Shown: positions 19,714-29,926, numbered from the stretch's first letter. The stretch: DNA of 64,000 bases from Gemmatimonadota bacterium (GCA_036679645.1 JAZDCY010000028.1:1-64000); one strand, 5' to 3'. Notes: a model not told the origin generated them from the sequence alone. A program made the numbers and translations.

Positions 19714-20515
19714 CTGCCTCTGGAGGCTCGTCGTCGGCGTGCTCGCGGTTACCGCGTGCGAGACGTCGCCGACGAGCCTCCAGCCCATCTTCATCAATGG
19801 ACGAGCGGTCGCCCCAGAAGGCGACTCTCTGTTTGCCGTTACCGACCCGGATCGCGGCGTCGCCTTCCTGGACCGCCGCGGCAGGCTCCAGGACTCCCTC
19901 GGGGCGGCCGAGTTGATGAACCCCGGCAAGGTCCAAATCGTCAGCAACACCGTATACGTCTCGGACGTCGAGGACGGGCATCCGCTGGTGCTAGTCTTCA
20001 GCCGGGACGGTCGGCTCGAACGGCGCATCGACCTCGATACTTTGGCCGGCCAGCCGCACCAGTTCGCGGCGTTGCCGGACGGCACGATCGTAGTCGAAAC
20101 CTCCGACCGCCGTCTCGTAGCACTCCGAAACGATTCCATTGACACCTTTGCCGTTGTAGAGGGAGGCTCCCGACCGAGTCTGCTCACGGCAGCCGACGGG
20201 GGCGTCTTGCACGCGGTACCCGACCACGCGATCACCCTTTACAATAGTTTCGGCAATACGCGCTGGAGGATTGAGTGGCCGTGGGTGGAATCCGCCTACG
20301 TGAGTGACGTGGCTATCGACTCTCGGGGACGGGTACATGTCATTGTGGGATCGTCGAGCGAGGAGACGTTCACCGTCCAGACGCTCACGCGCGAGAGCGG
20401 CGAGATCTTCCGCTGGTCGGAACCGACGACGGAATCGACCTTCGTGGTCAATAGGGTCGGACAGGTGACCCGCGCGCCGGAACGCGGGCGTCATCTGACT
20501 GGTGAGCGGAACTGA
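19700..20515 (+). CDS. hypothetical lipoprotein, probable beta-propeller (start codon unresolved)
   Basis: WRLVVGVLAVTA-C lipobox-like stretch; NHL-like segments VAIDSRGRVHV and VYVSD. Confidence 0.65.
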   Translation, partial: FSASNCLWRLVVGVLAVTACETSPTSLQPIFINGRAVAPEGDSLFAVTDPDRGVAFLDRRGRLQDSLGAAELMNPGKVQIVSNTVYVSDVEDGHPLVLVFSRDGRLERRIDLDTLAGQPHQFAALPDGTIVVETSDRRLVALRNDSIDTFAVVEGGSRPSLLTAADGGVLHAVPDHAITLYNSFGNTRWRIEWPWVESAYVSDVAIDSRGRVHVIVGSSSEETFTVQTLTRESGEIFRWSEPTTESTFVVNRVGQVTRAPERGRHLTGERN

Positions 20516-20518
20516 CGC

Positions 20519-21601
20519 TCAGTAGCTGAGCTTTGCGGCCTCCGCGAACTGCTTCAGGAGTGACTCCTGCTCCGGAGTGAGCTTGCCGGGCAACTTGACG
20601 TTGACCTCGACAAACTGATCACCGCGCTTCCCATTCCGCTCCACGCCCTGCCCTTTGAGCCGGAACTTCCGACCGGGCTGCGTACCTCCAGGCACCTTCA
20701 GCACAACCCGCTTCCCGGTAACCGTGCGCACACGGATCTTGGTGCCCAAGATTGCCTGGGCCAGGTTGATGGGCACCCGGCAATGCAGATCAAGTCCCTC
20801 CCGCCGCAGGAACCGATCCGGCTTCACCGCAAACGTGACGAGGATGTCGCCCATCGCACCACCGGAACCGCGCTGGCCCTCGCCCTTGATCCGCACACGT
20901 TGCCCCGACTCGGTCCCGGCTGGAACGGACACCATGATGCGTCGATCGAGGCTCACCTCGCCCTGACTGGCGCACCGAGTGCACGGCTCTGACGCGACCC
21001 GCCCGCTGCCGCGACAGGCCGGACATGGTCGCGTGACGGAGAACGCTCCCTGGCCGAACGTCACCTGGCCCTTGCCACGGCATTCCGAGCAGGTTGATAC
21101 CTTCGCACCCGGCGCCGCCCCGGAACCGCCACAGGTAGGGCAGGCCTCGGTAACCCGGATAGTGACCGGCACCTTGCCACCCAGCGCCGCCGTCTTGAAG
21201 GGCACGGTAGCGGTGACCTCCAGGGGCTCACGCCCCTGTTCAGAGCGCCCTCGGCCGAAGATCGACGAGAAGAGGTCCCCCAGGCCACCGAACCCTTCAA
21301 ACCCCCGCGTGAAATCGAAGTCTTCGGTCCGCCCCTGAGCCCCACCGGGAGAGCGTGCCGCCCCGCGCCTGGTGAACGCGCCGTACTTGCGCATGAGGTC
21401 GTATTGTTTGCGCTTTTCCTTGTCGCCCAGTACGGCGTGCGCCTCCGAAATCCCCTTGAAGCGCTCGGCGGCTGACGGATCGTCGGGATTCGCGTCCGGA
21501 TGGTACCTCTTGGCGAGACCGCGATAGGCCTTCTTGATCTCGTCCGGCCCAGCTTTCTCGGAGACGCCGAGGACCTGGTAGTAGTCGGTGACCGCAGCCA
21601 T
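20519..21601 (-). CDS. dnaJ: chaperone DnaJ
   Basis: J domain with HPD, G/F region, four CxxC zinc motifs, C-terminal domain. Confidence 0.95.
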   Translation of the reverse strand: MAAVTDYYQVLGVSEKAGPDEIKKAYRGLAKRYHPDANPDDPSAAERFKGISEAHAVLGDKEKRKQYDLMRKYGAFTRRGAARSPGGAQGRTEDFDFTRGFEGFGGLGDLFSSIFGRGRSEQGREPLEVTATVPFKTAALGGKVPVTIRVTEACPTCGGSGAAPGAKVSTCSECRGKGQVTFGQGAFSVTRPCPACRGSGRVASEPCTRCASQGEVSLDRRIMVSVPAGTESGQRVRIKGEGQRGSGGAMGDILVTFAVKPDRFLRREGLDLHCRVPINLAQAILGTKIRVRTVTGKRVVLKVPGGTQPGRKFRLKGQGVERNGKRGDQFVEVNVKLPGKLTPEQESLLKQFAEAAKLSY

Positions 21602-21604
21602 GGC

Positions 21605-22234
21605 CTAGGACCCTTGTGGGGTCTCCTCCGCCTCTCCAGACCACACCCTGACCTGTACGCGGGCCGGTCGCAGCAACTGCTTGTGAAACCGGTACCCGAC
21701 CTGGAGAACTGCGGCGATCGTGTGGTCCTGCTCTGGCGTCGCGGCGGGAACCGACGTAACGGCCTCATGGACGTTCGGGTCGAACGGCTCGTCGACGGCC
21801 CCTACCCACTCCATGCCAGCTATCTCTAGTTGACGCAACAACTTACGCTCTACCAACTCGACGCCCTGGAGGACCTCGCCTACCGCTGACTGGCTGGGGT
21901 CTACATGGGCCACCCGGGCCAGGTCATCGAGAGCATCGAGCAGTTGGCGCAGCAAGTCGCCTTGCGCTCGCTCTCGGTTCTCGATCTGTTCGCGCGCGCG
22001 TCGCTTGCGAAAATTGTCGAACTCCGCCGCCAACCTCAGGTGTTGGTCTCGTAACTCCTCCAACTCTGCGACCGCCGGGTGCGGACCCGATTCCGGCTCC
22101 GCGACTAGCTCCACCGCTTCAACGGGGACGGGCGTCGTTTCCACAGCCTCAGCGACTGCCGCATCGTGTTCGGGCGTCGCCTCCTGCGGGACGTCCGCGA
22201 CCGCGTCCGATTTCTTGCTCCGCTTCTTTCGCAT
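21605..22234 (-). CDS. grpE: nucleotide exchange factor GrpE
   Basis: LRLAAEFDNFRKR, FDPNVHEA and GYRFHKQLLRPARV. Confidence 0.95.
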   Translation of the reverse strand: MRKKRSKKSDAVADVPQEATPEHDAAVAEAVETTPVPVEAVELVAEPESGPHPAVAELEELRDQHLRLAAEFDNFRKRRAREQIENRERAQGDLLRQLLDALDDLARVAHVDPSQSAVGEVLQGVELVERKLLRQLEIAGMEWVGAVDEPFDPNVHEAVTSVPAATPEQDHTIAAVLQVGYRFHKQLLRPARVQVRVWSGEAEETPQGS

Positions 22235-22305
22235 CGCTCCTCAGTAGCTCGCTCTCGTGTAGGCCGAACCCGAATAATAATGTCACGCCACGTCTCGACC
22301 GCGGG

Positions 22306-23556
22306 TCACAATACACCTATCGTCCGCCTCAGCAGGAAAAGCGCACCCTGCACCGCTCGCGCCCGGATCTGGTATCGGTCACCCAGAACCCGAAGGGTGA
22401 CGACCCTGTTTTGGGCCCCGACCCGCGCGGCGAGACAGACGGTCCCCACCGGCTTGTCATCGGTCCCGCCGCCCGGTCCGGCAACCCCCGACACCGCAAG
22501 ACCGGCCTCAACGCCAAATCGGTCACAGACACCGTGGGCCATGGCGGTCACGACCGCTTCGCTCACGGCACCGTGTGTCGCGAGCAGCTCCTCGCCCACT
22601 CCGAGCTGCACGCGCTTCACGGCGTCGTCGTAGGCCACAACACCGCCGACAAACGCCACCGATGCTCCAGCGACTGCTGTGAGCCGCGCGCCAATGAGCC
22701 CTCCCGTACACGATTCCGCGACGGCCAGCCGGAGGCGCTTCTGTTCGAGCAGGTGAAGCACCTCGCCTGCGAGGTCAGCCCCATCAGCACCGTAGCAGTG
22801 ATCCCCCAACGTGGGCCGCACCAGGCCGATGGCCTCGCTGAGCATCGCGTCCGCCCGATTGGCGGCCACACCCCATACGGTGAACCGCAGGTCCACGCCG
22901 TCGAGAGTGGGCAGGTAGGCAAGCGTGACCGGCGCCAGCGTTTGCTCCACGCCATCTAACCGGTCGGCCAGCGCCGACTCGCCAATGCCAGCGGTCCGCA
23001 GTACGTACGAGCGGGTCACCACCGCGGTGTCGGAGAGCTGGCGAGCAAGACGCGGTACCACCTCCTCGGCGACCAGGCCACGCGCCTCTTCCGGTACGCC
23101 AGGCAGCATAACGACGGTCCCCGGGGCTCCCTCGAGCCACAGCCCCGGGGCCGTACCACGCGGATTGCTCAGGCGTTCGGCGCCACGCGGCAACAGGGCC
23201 TGTGTCCGGTTTGACTCGGGCATGGCACCCGGTCGGCGCAGCGCCTGCCAGCGCTCCTCGAGCAACCGTTCGTAGGCCTCATCGCGTACCATCGGCACCT
23301 TGTATATGGCCGCGACCGCACCCTTAGTGATGTCATCGCGCGTGGGTCCGAGACCACCGGTGGTGACGACGAACCCTGCGCGGGCCAGTGCGTCCCTGAC
23401 CGTTGCCACAATGGCGTCGTGGTCGTCCCCAACCGTGGACGTCCTGACCACGCGCGCCCCTACGGCTGTAAGGGCACGACTCAGATCGGCTGCGTTGCTG
23501 TCTACTGTGTGACCGAGTAACAACTCGGTCCCGATCGTAACGAGCTCAAGGTCCAT
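22306..23556 (-). CDS. cinA: CinA family protein (MoCF-like domain plus NMN deamidase)
   Basis: IGTELLLG, GGLGPTRDD, AESCTGG, GAVSE and SGVAGPGG. Confidence 0.92.
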   Translation of the reverse strand: MDLELVTIGTELLLGHTVDSNAADLSRALTAVGARVVRTSTVGDDHDAIVATVRDALARAGFVVTTGGLGPTRDDITKGAVAAIYKVPMVRDEAYERLLEERWQALRRPGAMPESNRTQALLPRGAERLSNPRGTAPGLWLEGAPGTVVMLPGVPEEARGLVAEEVVPRLARQLSDTAVVTRSYVLRTAGIGESALADRLDGVEQTLAPVTLAYLPTLDGVDLRFTVWGVAANRADAMLSEAIGLVRPTLGDHCYGADGADLAGEVLHLLEQKRLRLAVAESCTGGLIGARLTAVAGASVAFVGGVVAYDDAVKRVQLGVGEELLATHGAVSEAVVTAMAHGVCDRFGVEAGLAVSGVAGPGGGTDDKPVGTVCLAARVGAQNRVVTLRVLGDRYQIRARAVQGALFLLRRTIGVL

Positions 23557-24205
23557 CCGAGGGGGCGGATCCCGGGTGCAGGAAGAGACTGCGGTAACGG
23601 TAGAGATACACGCCCAGTGAGTAGACCGTGATCAGGATGGCGCCAGCCAGGGTCACGGCCACGAAAGTTCCGTGGAACCGCTCCCAAAACTCCCCGAACC
23701 AGCCGCTACGCCACTCAAACGCCGCCGCCATGTCCTTCCACGCGAACCACGCAATTGTGGCGCCGATGAAGGTGTCTTGGATGATGGTCTTCAGCTTTCC
23801 CGCTCCGGCGGCGGCGATCACCACGCCGCGTCGCTTCGCCACGTGGCGGAAGACGGTCATTAACGCCTCGCGGCCGAGCAGCAGTAGGGCTACCCACAGC
23901 GGCAGGCTACCCCACCACGGGATCTCGTATTGATGCATCGGGTAGCGCGTGATCCAGTAGATGGGGATGAGGGTGGCGATCAGGAGCAGTTTGTCGGCAA
24001 GCGGGTCGAGGAGCTTGCCGAGATCGGTGACCTCATCGCGCTCGCGTGCAAGACGGCCATCGTAGATATCGGAGATCGCCGCAGCGAGGAAGACGACGAT
24101 GGCAATCAGCTTGGGAACGTACCCGTTGATGAACGGGAGTAACGCGATCACCGGTGTCAGGGCAATCCTGGCCACCGTGAGGATATTGGGCAGCGTCCAG
24201 ATCAC
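23546..24205 (-). CDS. pgsA: CDP-alcohol phosphatidyltransferase (PgsA-like)
   Basis: LPNILT and DIYDGRLAR..GKLLDPLADK motif. Confidence 0.88.
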   Translation of the reverse strand: MIWTLPNILTVARIALTPVIALLPFINGYVPKLIAIVVFLAAAISDIYDGRLARERDEVTDLGKLLDPLADKLLLIATLIPIYWITRYPMHQYEIPWWGSLPLWVALLLLGREALMTVFRHVAKRRGVVIAAAGAGKLKTIIQDTFIGATIAWFAWKDMAAAFEWRSGWFGEFWERFHGTFVAVTLAGAILITVYSLGVYLYRYRSLFLHPGSAPSDGP

Positions 24206-24214
24206 TGCACCACC

Positions 24215-24889
24215 TCAGCTGAGCGTCTTGAGCACCATCTTCGCGACCGTCTTCAGCGTTTCGAACACGCCCTCACCGCTGACGGCGACGGACTCGAGGT
24301 ACGGAGCCCGCTCGACCCACGTGCCGTCAATTTGGAAGATGAGTTGTTCACCCTCGTGAGACGGATCCTCTTTGACCGACTGTTTGGCAACGTCTTCCAG
24401 CGGCCAGCCCGGATTGAGGGCCGGCTGTAGGTCGGCAATCGGGGACGCGTTGGGTAGGTCTCGCTTGTTGTACTGGACGACGAACGGGATTTGGGTGAGG
24501 TCGTACCCGTATTGCACCATATTGTCGTACAGATTCTGCATCGACTCGAGGTTCGCCTCCATCCGCTCCATCTGGCTGTCGGCGACGAAGACGATCCCGT
24601 CCACCCCCTTGAGGATGAGCTTGCGGGATGCGTTGTAGTACACCTGCCCCGGTACGGTGTACAGATGGAAACGCGTCTTGAATCCACGGATCGTTCCGAG
24701 ATCTACGGGCAGGAAATCGAAGAAGAGCGTGCGCTCGGTTTCCGTCGCGAGCGAAACCATCTTCCCGCGCGCATCGGGATTCACCTTGCTGTAGACGTGC
24801 TCGAGGTTGGTGGTCTTGCCGCCGAGACCGGGGCCGTAGTACACCAACTTGCAGTTGATCTCGCGGGACGCGTAGTTGATCATCGACAT
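24215..24889 (-). CDS. mglA: MglA-family small GTPase
   Basis: [33 protein letters not shown] and NKRD. Confidence 0.95.
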   Translation of the reverse strand: MSMINYASREINCKLVYYGPGLGGKTTNLEHVYSKVNPDARGKMVSLATETERTLFFDFLPVDLGTIRGFKTRFHLYTVPGQVYYNASRKLILKGVDGIVFVADSQMERMEANLESMQNLYDNMVQYGYDLTQIPFVVQYNKRDLPNASPIADLQPALNPGWPLEDVAKQSVKEDPSHEGEQLIFQIDGTWVERAPYLESVAVSGEGVFETLKTVAKMVLKTLS

Positions 24890-24900
24890 GGTCGCGTCCT

Positions 24901-25398
24901 CTACTCGCCGAACAGTTTGTCGATCTCGTCTTCAGCGCCTTCGAGCAATCCCGGCTGCTTACCGGCGTCCCCGCCGGCGGCTAGACGGGAAAACATCTCA
25001 TCGAAGACCTGGCCGAGATCGGTGACGGTCTGCTTTACGCGGAGACGCACCAGACCCACCGTCGTGCGCTGATCGAAGAGCACGACGAGGATGACGCGGC
25101 GTGCCACATCCGCGAGGTACATCGATTCCTTCTCGCCTTGGTGGAACAGCGACGCGAACTCGGACTCGCCGATCATCTTGGCGAGTTGATCGTTGGCGGA
25201 GAAGTCCGCGGCGGTGAGGGAAGCGAACGCCGCCGAGTCGAACTGCAACTGCTCGCCCGCGTTGGCCAGGAGTTGCCCCGTTCGATCAACGAGCAGGGCG
25301 CTCCGGGCGCTCGATTCCTTCAGCAGCGCGTGCAGGTGTTCAGTGATCCGGTTGTGGTCACTCTCGCCGAGCGACCACGTGCCGGCAGTTTCCGCCAT
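24901..25398 (-). CDS. mglB: MglB roadblock/LC7 protein (GAP for MglA)
   Basis: [28 protein letters not shown]; directly upstream of mglA. Confidence 0.92.
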   Translation of the reverse strand: MAETAGTWSLGESDHNRITEHLHALLKESSARSALLVDRTGQLLANAGEQLQFDSAAFASLTAADFSANDQLAKMIGESEFASLFHQGEKESMYLADVARRVILVVLFDQRTTVGLVRLRVKQTVTDLGQVFDEMFSRLAAGGDAGKQPGLLEGAEDEIDKLFGE

Positions 25399-25410
25399 CG
25401 GCTCCTCGCA

Positions 25411-25680
25411 TTACCCGAGTTTTGCTTCCATACGCCGGGCGATCGTCTCGGCCCGTCGTCTGAGCATCGGCTGCCCTTCCCATGTTACATAATCTCTCAA
25501 GAGACGGACCGTCTCAATATTGGGATGCGCGCTGAGGTACCCGAGGGCAGACAGACGTCGCAGCGGCCGATTGCTGAACAAGGCCCGACGATAACGGCTG
25601 ATCGAGTGCTGGGCAAGCACCGTCCCGGCAACGGCGCCTAGCCCAAAGGCCGTGAGCAGCGTGGTCAGTCGCGGATGCAC
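25411..25680 (-). CDS. small hypothetical protein with N-terminal TM
   Basis: Fills the recR-mglB gap; hydrophobic N-terminus then amphipathic helices. Confidence 0.75.
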   Translation of the reverse strand: MHPRLTTLLTAFGLGAVAGTVLAQHSISRYRRALFSNRPLRRLSALGYLSAHPNIETVRLLRDYVTWEGQPMLRRRAETIARRMEAKLG

Positions 25681-25683
25681 CTC

Positions 25684-26280
25684 TTAGTTATCCATTTCTC
25701 GGCGCGCCGCGAGTGACCGCGCGATCGTGACCTCGTCGGCATACTCCAAATCACCGCCAACCGGAAGCCCAAGCGCAATCCGCGTGACCCGCGCGCTGCT
25801 CGACGCCAGAAGGTCACGCACGTAGGTCGCCGTCACCTCACCCTCCATGGAAGGGTTCGTGGCCACGATGACCTCCGACACGGCGCTTCCGTTCTGCACG
25901 CGGGTCCCCAGAGCTTCCATGCGCAGATCCTTGGGGCCAACGCCGTCGAGCGGGGAGAGAAACCCACCCAACACATGATACAACCCCCGGTACTCGCCGG
26001 TTCGCTCGATGGCGTGAATATCGGACGGTTCCTCCACCACACAGAGCGTGCTGGCGTCCCGGCGGGGATCCGAACAGATCCCGCACGGGTCCGATTCGCC
26101 CAGGTCGCCACACGTCGAGCATGGCCGGACACGCGCCCGGAGATCCCCGATCACGCGTGCGAGGCGCGTGACATCGGTCGGTGGCTGCTTCAGCAGGAAA
26201 TAGGTGAGACGGGTTGCGGTCTTCCTGCCTATGCCCGGAAGCCTGGCGAGCTCGGTAGTCAGCTCGTCGATTGCCGACAC
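25684..26280 (-). CDS. recR: recombination mediator RecR
   Basis: LPGIGRKTA HhH, C4 zinc finger, Toprim ATNPSMEGE, GGDLEYAD. Confidence 0.97.
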   Translation of the reverse strand: MSAIDELTTELARLPGIGRKTATRLTYFLLKQPPTDVTRLARVIGDLRARVRPCSTCGDLGESDPCGICSDPRRDASTLCVVEEPSDIHAIERTGEYRGLYHVLGGFLSPLDGVGPKDLRMEALGTRVQNGSAVSEVIVATNPSMEGEVTATYVRDLLASSSARVTRIALGLPVGGDLEYADEVTIARSLAARREMDN

Positions 26281-26285
26281 GGGGA

Positions 26286-26612
26286 TTACAACGGGAACTG
26301 GAACGGAAGCGGCATGCCCCCGGTCGCCTTGCGGAGCTCCTCGCGATACATGTCCTCCGCCCGGCGCTGGGCATCGGCGACGGCGGCGACCACGAGATCC
26401 TCGAGCATCTCCACGTCCGAGTCCGCAACGGCTGCGGGATCGATCTGGAGCGACCGAATCCGCCCGCGTCCGTCGGCGGTGACGGTCACCATTCCGCCAC
26501 CGGCACTCCCGGTCACGATACGTTCGGCGAGTTCTGTCTGCATCTGGCTGAGTCGACCCTGCATCTGCTGGCCGAGCTGCAGCAACTGCGAAAAATCAGG
26601 CATGCTTGCCAT
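26286..26612 (-). CDS. ebfC: YbaB/EbfC nucleoid-associated protein
   Basis: GSAGGGMVTV, DVEMLEDLVVAAV; canonical dnaX-ybaB-recR position. Confidence 0.95.
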   Translation of the reverse strand: MASMPDFSQLLQLGQQMQGRLSQMQTELAERIVTGSAGGGMVTVTADGRGRIRSLQIDPAAVADSDVEMLEDLVVAAVADAQRRAEDMYREELRKATGGMPLPFQFPL

Positions 26613-26668
26613 GGGTGTCCTGCAGGAGGTGTAAATGCAAGCTACCGAGGTCCGTGGGGTGTCGCAAG

Positions 26669-28369
26669 CTACTCGAGAAGCTCGAGGTCGAGCGACTCGG
26701 CAACCGCGTCAAGTGCTTGATCCTTCTTGCGATACACCTCTAGGCGCTGGCGCCGATCGGTGTGCTGATCGAGCCGCTGGACCGGGCTTCCTTCCCCCTC
26801 CCCGGCGGCACTCGCCGGCTGCAGTCTGATTGAAATCGAGACCCCGAGCACGTCCGTGATGGCGGCCTCGATCATGGCCCGGTTCGTCTGGAGGCCCTCG
26901 AGGTGCACCTCGCTATCCGACACGGTCAGCGTGACCTCCACCCCGTCCACGCCCGCCGGTTCCGCGTGCACCAGCGCTTCGCGCAACATCCGCTTCTTGT
27001 GCCCAACCGCTTCCGTCACCGCGTCCCAATGTGCTACGAGGGCTTCGAGCGTCAGAATACCAGTCGCTTGCGCTGCAGGGGACGGGGGTCGGGGCGAGTG
27101 GGCGCTGGGCGCCGCGGTTACGCGGACACGATCCTCCACCACCCCCACCCCTTCCGTCGCCCGGCCGCCCCGCACGCCCTTCCGCTTTCCACCCACCGGA
27201 GACCGAGAGGTGACCGGGGTCGATCCGAGCGCCGAGAGCACCTCCTCGAGTTCGACCGTCCGGTCGAGCAGGGTCCACTGCAGCAACAAGGTCTCGACAT
27301 GCAGACGTTGGTTGGGCGATCGGCGGATGGCAGTTTCCGCCTCCTGGAGGAGCCGCAGCATCCGGAGCACGTCACCCACCCTGAACCGATCGGCAAACCG
27401 ATCGATCGTGTTGCGCAGGCTCTCGGTCAGCCCCTCCGGCTCTCCCCCGAGCAGGCGCAAGGCAAGCGCACGTAGCGTCTCCCCCAGCCCACCAATGAAC
27501 TCCGCGAGATCCGCCCCCCCCTCCGCGAGCCGCGCCACGAACGGGAAGACGGCCGCCGGCTCCCGATCCGCGGTGAACGCCAGCATTTCACCGTACAGCT
27601 CGTCGTCGATGAGCCCCAGGGCCGTGCGCACTCGCTCCGCCGTGACCGCCCCCTCACCAAACGCCAGGACCTGATCGAGAACCGACAGTGCGTCTCGCAG
27701 GCCACCCGCTGCCGCGCGAGCGATTAACAGCAGGGCATCGTCCTCTACCTCGACCTGCTCCTGCCCCGCCACGTACCGCAGCCGTTTGATGATCGTCTGT
27801 GGGCCGATACGCCGGAAATCGAACCGCTGGACACGGCTCATGACGGGTGCTGCCGTGTTGGCGATCTTGTGGGGTTCGGTGGTCGCAAAGACAAAGACCA
27901 CGCGCGGCGGGGGTTCCTCCAGGATCTTGAGAAGCGCGTTCCACGCCTCTCGCGTGAGCATGTGCGCTTCGTCGATGATGTAGACCTTGTACCGATCCGG
28001 TGCCGAGGGAGCGTACATCGCCCGCTCACGCAGGTCCCGGGCGTCGTCCACCCCACGATTGCTCGCCGCGTCGATTTCGACGACGTCGAGGTTCGCAGCA
28101 CCCAACCAGATGCGGTGGCACGAGTCGCAGGTCCCGCACGGCTCCCCGTCGGCAGAGCCATCTGCCCCACCGCGCTCGCAGTTGAGCGCCATTGCCAGAA
28201 TCCGGGCGGCGCTGGTCTTCCCCACCCCTCGCGGCCCCGTCAGCAGGTAGGCGTGTGCCACGCGCTGTTTGGCGACCGCGCCCATGAGCCCGGCCGCCAC
28301 ATGTTCTTGGGCGGCTAGGTCGCCGAACCGGGTCGGGCGATACTTACGGGCGAGCGCGGTATGCGTCAT
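26669..28369 (-). CDS. dnaX: DNA polymerase III subunit gamma/tau
   Basis: ALARKYRP, GPRGVGKT, EIDAASN, IIDEAHML and LLKILEEPP. Confidence 0.97.
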   Translation of the reverse strand: MTHTALARKYRPTRFGDLAAQEHVAAGLMGAVAKQRVAHAYLLTGPRGVGKTSAARILAMALNCERGGADGSADGEPCGTCDSCHRIWLGAANLDVVEIDAASNRGVDDARDLRERAMYAPSAPDRYKVYIIDEAHMLTREAWNALLKILEEPPPRVVFVFATTEPHKIANTAAPVMSRVQRFDFRRIGPQTIIKRLRYVAGQEQVEVEDDALLLIARAAAGGLRDALSVLDQVLAFGEGAVTAERVRTALGLIDDELYGEMLAFTADREPAAVFPFVARLAEGGADLAEFIGGLGETLRALALRLLGGEPEGLTESLRNTIDRFADRFRVGDVLRMLRLLQEAETAIRRSPNQRLHVETLLLQWTLLDRTVELEEVLSALGSTPVTSRSPVGGKRKGVRGGRATEGVGVVEDRVRVTAAPSAHSPRPPSPAAQATGILTLEALVAHWDAVTEAVGHKKRMLREALVHAEPAGVDGVEVTLTVSDSEVHLEGLQTNRAMIEAAITDVLGVSISIRLQPASAAGEGEGSPVQRLDQHTDRRQRLEVYRKKDQALDAVAESLDLELLE

Positions 28370-28380
28370 TGAGTGGAAGC

Positions 28381-28477
28381 GCCCCAGGCTACCCGAAGCG
28401 ACACACGACATCGCTTAGCGCTGCTACCTTCACGGTCCTGACGCGGTTCGCGCACACGCGCCCTCCGGACCTGGGGC
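28381..28477 (-). ncRNA. ffs: signal recognition particle RNA (4.5S type)
   Basis: Minus strand reads GAACCGCGUCAGGACC-GUGAA-GGUAGCAGCGC (domain IV), closed by the GCCCCAGG/CCUGGGGC stem; lies directly upstream of dnaX; TAGCTT -10 at 28488-28483. Confidence 0.92.
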
Positions 28478-28566
28478 TCCGTAAGCTAGCAGACCCTGCC
28501 GTTCCGCTCCACCCCATCTCGATGGGCGCCGACGAGCGCCCATAGGCGCGATCGAGTAGCGCATGG

Positions 28567-29430
28567 TCACGAGAGCATCGCGCGTTGTTCTCGTTGTCGC
28601 CGGGCCAAATCGTAGGTTTCTGCCACCTCGCCGCCGGCAAGGAATACGAAAGCCGTGGCGTAGACCCACAGCACGAAAAGCATTAGCGCAATGGCGTTCG
28701 AATTCGAGATGACGCGATCGAGCGTAACGAACCGGGCCAGGTACACGGCGTAGAGGCGCTTCGCGACCTCAAACGCGAGCGAGGCCGCGACGGACGCGAC
28801 GAGTGCCGTATCCCACCTTACGCGGCGGCTCGGTGCCGTGATGTACACCACGTAGAACAAGGCCACCGAGAACACGAATGTCGAGAGCGTCGCCACGAAT
28901 CGACCGAGCCAGGGGGACTGCAGCACCAGCACGCTCACCACGGCGTTGGCCGTGATCAGCACGGCGCAGACGAGTGCCAGCGCGAGGTCGTAGAGTTTTC
29001 CGACGTAGAACGGCCGAGTCTCTTCCGTATCAAACACATCATTCAGCGCGGCGCGCACCGACCCGAACAGACGCATCGACAACCACAAGAAGAACGGGGC
29101 TCCGAGGAGTGACAGTTGCGCTCGGCTGTCCACGACCCTGGCGATTGAATCTTCCATCTGGGTGAGTGGATCGCCAACGCCACGAGCCGGCAGGAACCGG
29201 TCGAGGAATGTCCGCACGTCGGCGATCGTCTCGCCGCCCCCACCGATCATGTACCCCAGCACGGAGAGGGTGACCAGGAGGAACGGCAGCAACCACATGA
29301 GCGCATCGAACGTGAGCGCGCTCGCGAGGAAAGGAATGTTGTCTTCGTAGGCGCCCCTGAAGACGCGCTTGACGAAACCGATGGGCGAGAACGCCCAGCC
29401 GCGCGGTGGCGCCTCGCGCGCGGGGGCCAC
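28567..29430 (-). CDS. YihY/virulence factor BrkB family membrane protein
   Basis: ASALTF..LLPFLL, RAALNDVF, FEVAKRLY and LMLFVLWVY..GGE; about 6 TMs. Confidence 0.88.
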   Translation of the reverse strand: MAPAREAPPRGWAFSPIGFVKRVFRGAYEDNIPFLASALTFDALMWLLPFLLVTLSVLGYMIGGGGETIADVRTFLDRFLPARGVGDPLTQMEDSIARVVDSRAQLSLLGAPFFLWLSMRLFGSVRAALNDVFDTEETRPFYVGKLYDLALALVCAVLITANAVVSVLVLQSPWLGRFVATLSTFVFSVALFYVVYITAPSRRVRWDTALVASVAASLAFEVAKRLYAVYLARFVTLDRVISNSNAIALMLFVLWVYATAFVFLAGGEVAETYDLARRQREQRAMLS

Positions 29431-29435
29431 CCCGG

Positions 29436-29852
29436 CTACTCGGCCTTGGCTTCTTCGGGAACCTCCGCCCGCTGGCTGCGGGCGTCCTCGAGCCGCCGCT
29501 CCAGCTCCTCACGCGCCGAGCGGACGGCGGCCTTGCCGGCGTGCACGGCGTCTCGCGCCGATTCGCGCCGCTCGTTCAGGTTCTTACGCGCCTTCTCGAA
29601 CCCGGCCTCGATATTGGCCTTGGTGCGGTCGTAGCCAGTCCCGACCACATCCTGGAGATCCTCGAGCCGATCCTCTGCCTCGTCGCGCAGGTGCTTGGCG
29701 CGTCCGCGCAGGTACTCCCGCGTGTCCTCGCCACTCTGGGGCGCGAGCAAGAGCGCCAACCCGGCACCAAACGCGAGCCCCACGAGAAATACACCGACCC
29801 CCCCAGACCGCTCGATTACGACCACCGGCTGATCGTCACGGCGTTGTGCCAT
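29436..29852 (-). CDS. YtxH domain protein
   Basis: GAGLALLLAPQSGEDTR motif followed by coiled coil; GGAG RBS. Confidence 0.9.
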   Translation of the reverse strand: MAQRRDDQPVVVIERSGGVGVFLVGLAFGAGLALLLAPQSGEDTREYLRGRAKHLRDEAEDRLEDLQDVVGTGYDRTKANIEAGFEKARKNLNERRESARDAVHAGKAAVRSAREELERRLEDARSQRAEVPEEAKAE

Positions 29853-29926
29853 TTTGCTCCTCCTCGTCTCGCCAGTGCGGCATTTCTGAACATCTGTGTG
29901 AAAGGTACTGAGCTTCAGAATACCCG

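Noticed and set aside
22235..22305. CIRCE element before grpE-dnaJ; absence of dnaK
   Set aside because: No TTAGCACTC-N9-GAGTGCTAA; a separate dnaK locus is not unusual
27100..27525. Programmed dnaX frameshift (gamma/tau)
   Set aside because: No A-AAA-AAG or poly-A slip site; the G8 run (27514-27521) is in frame within domain III and encodes EGGA
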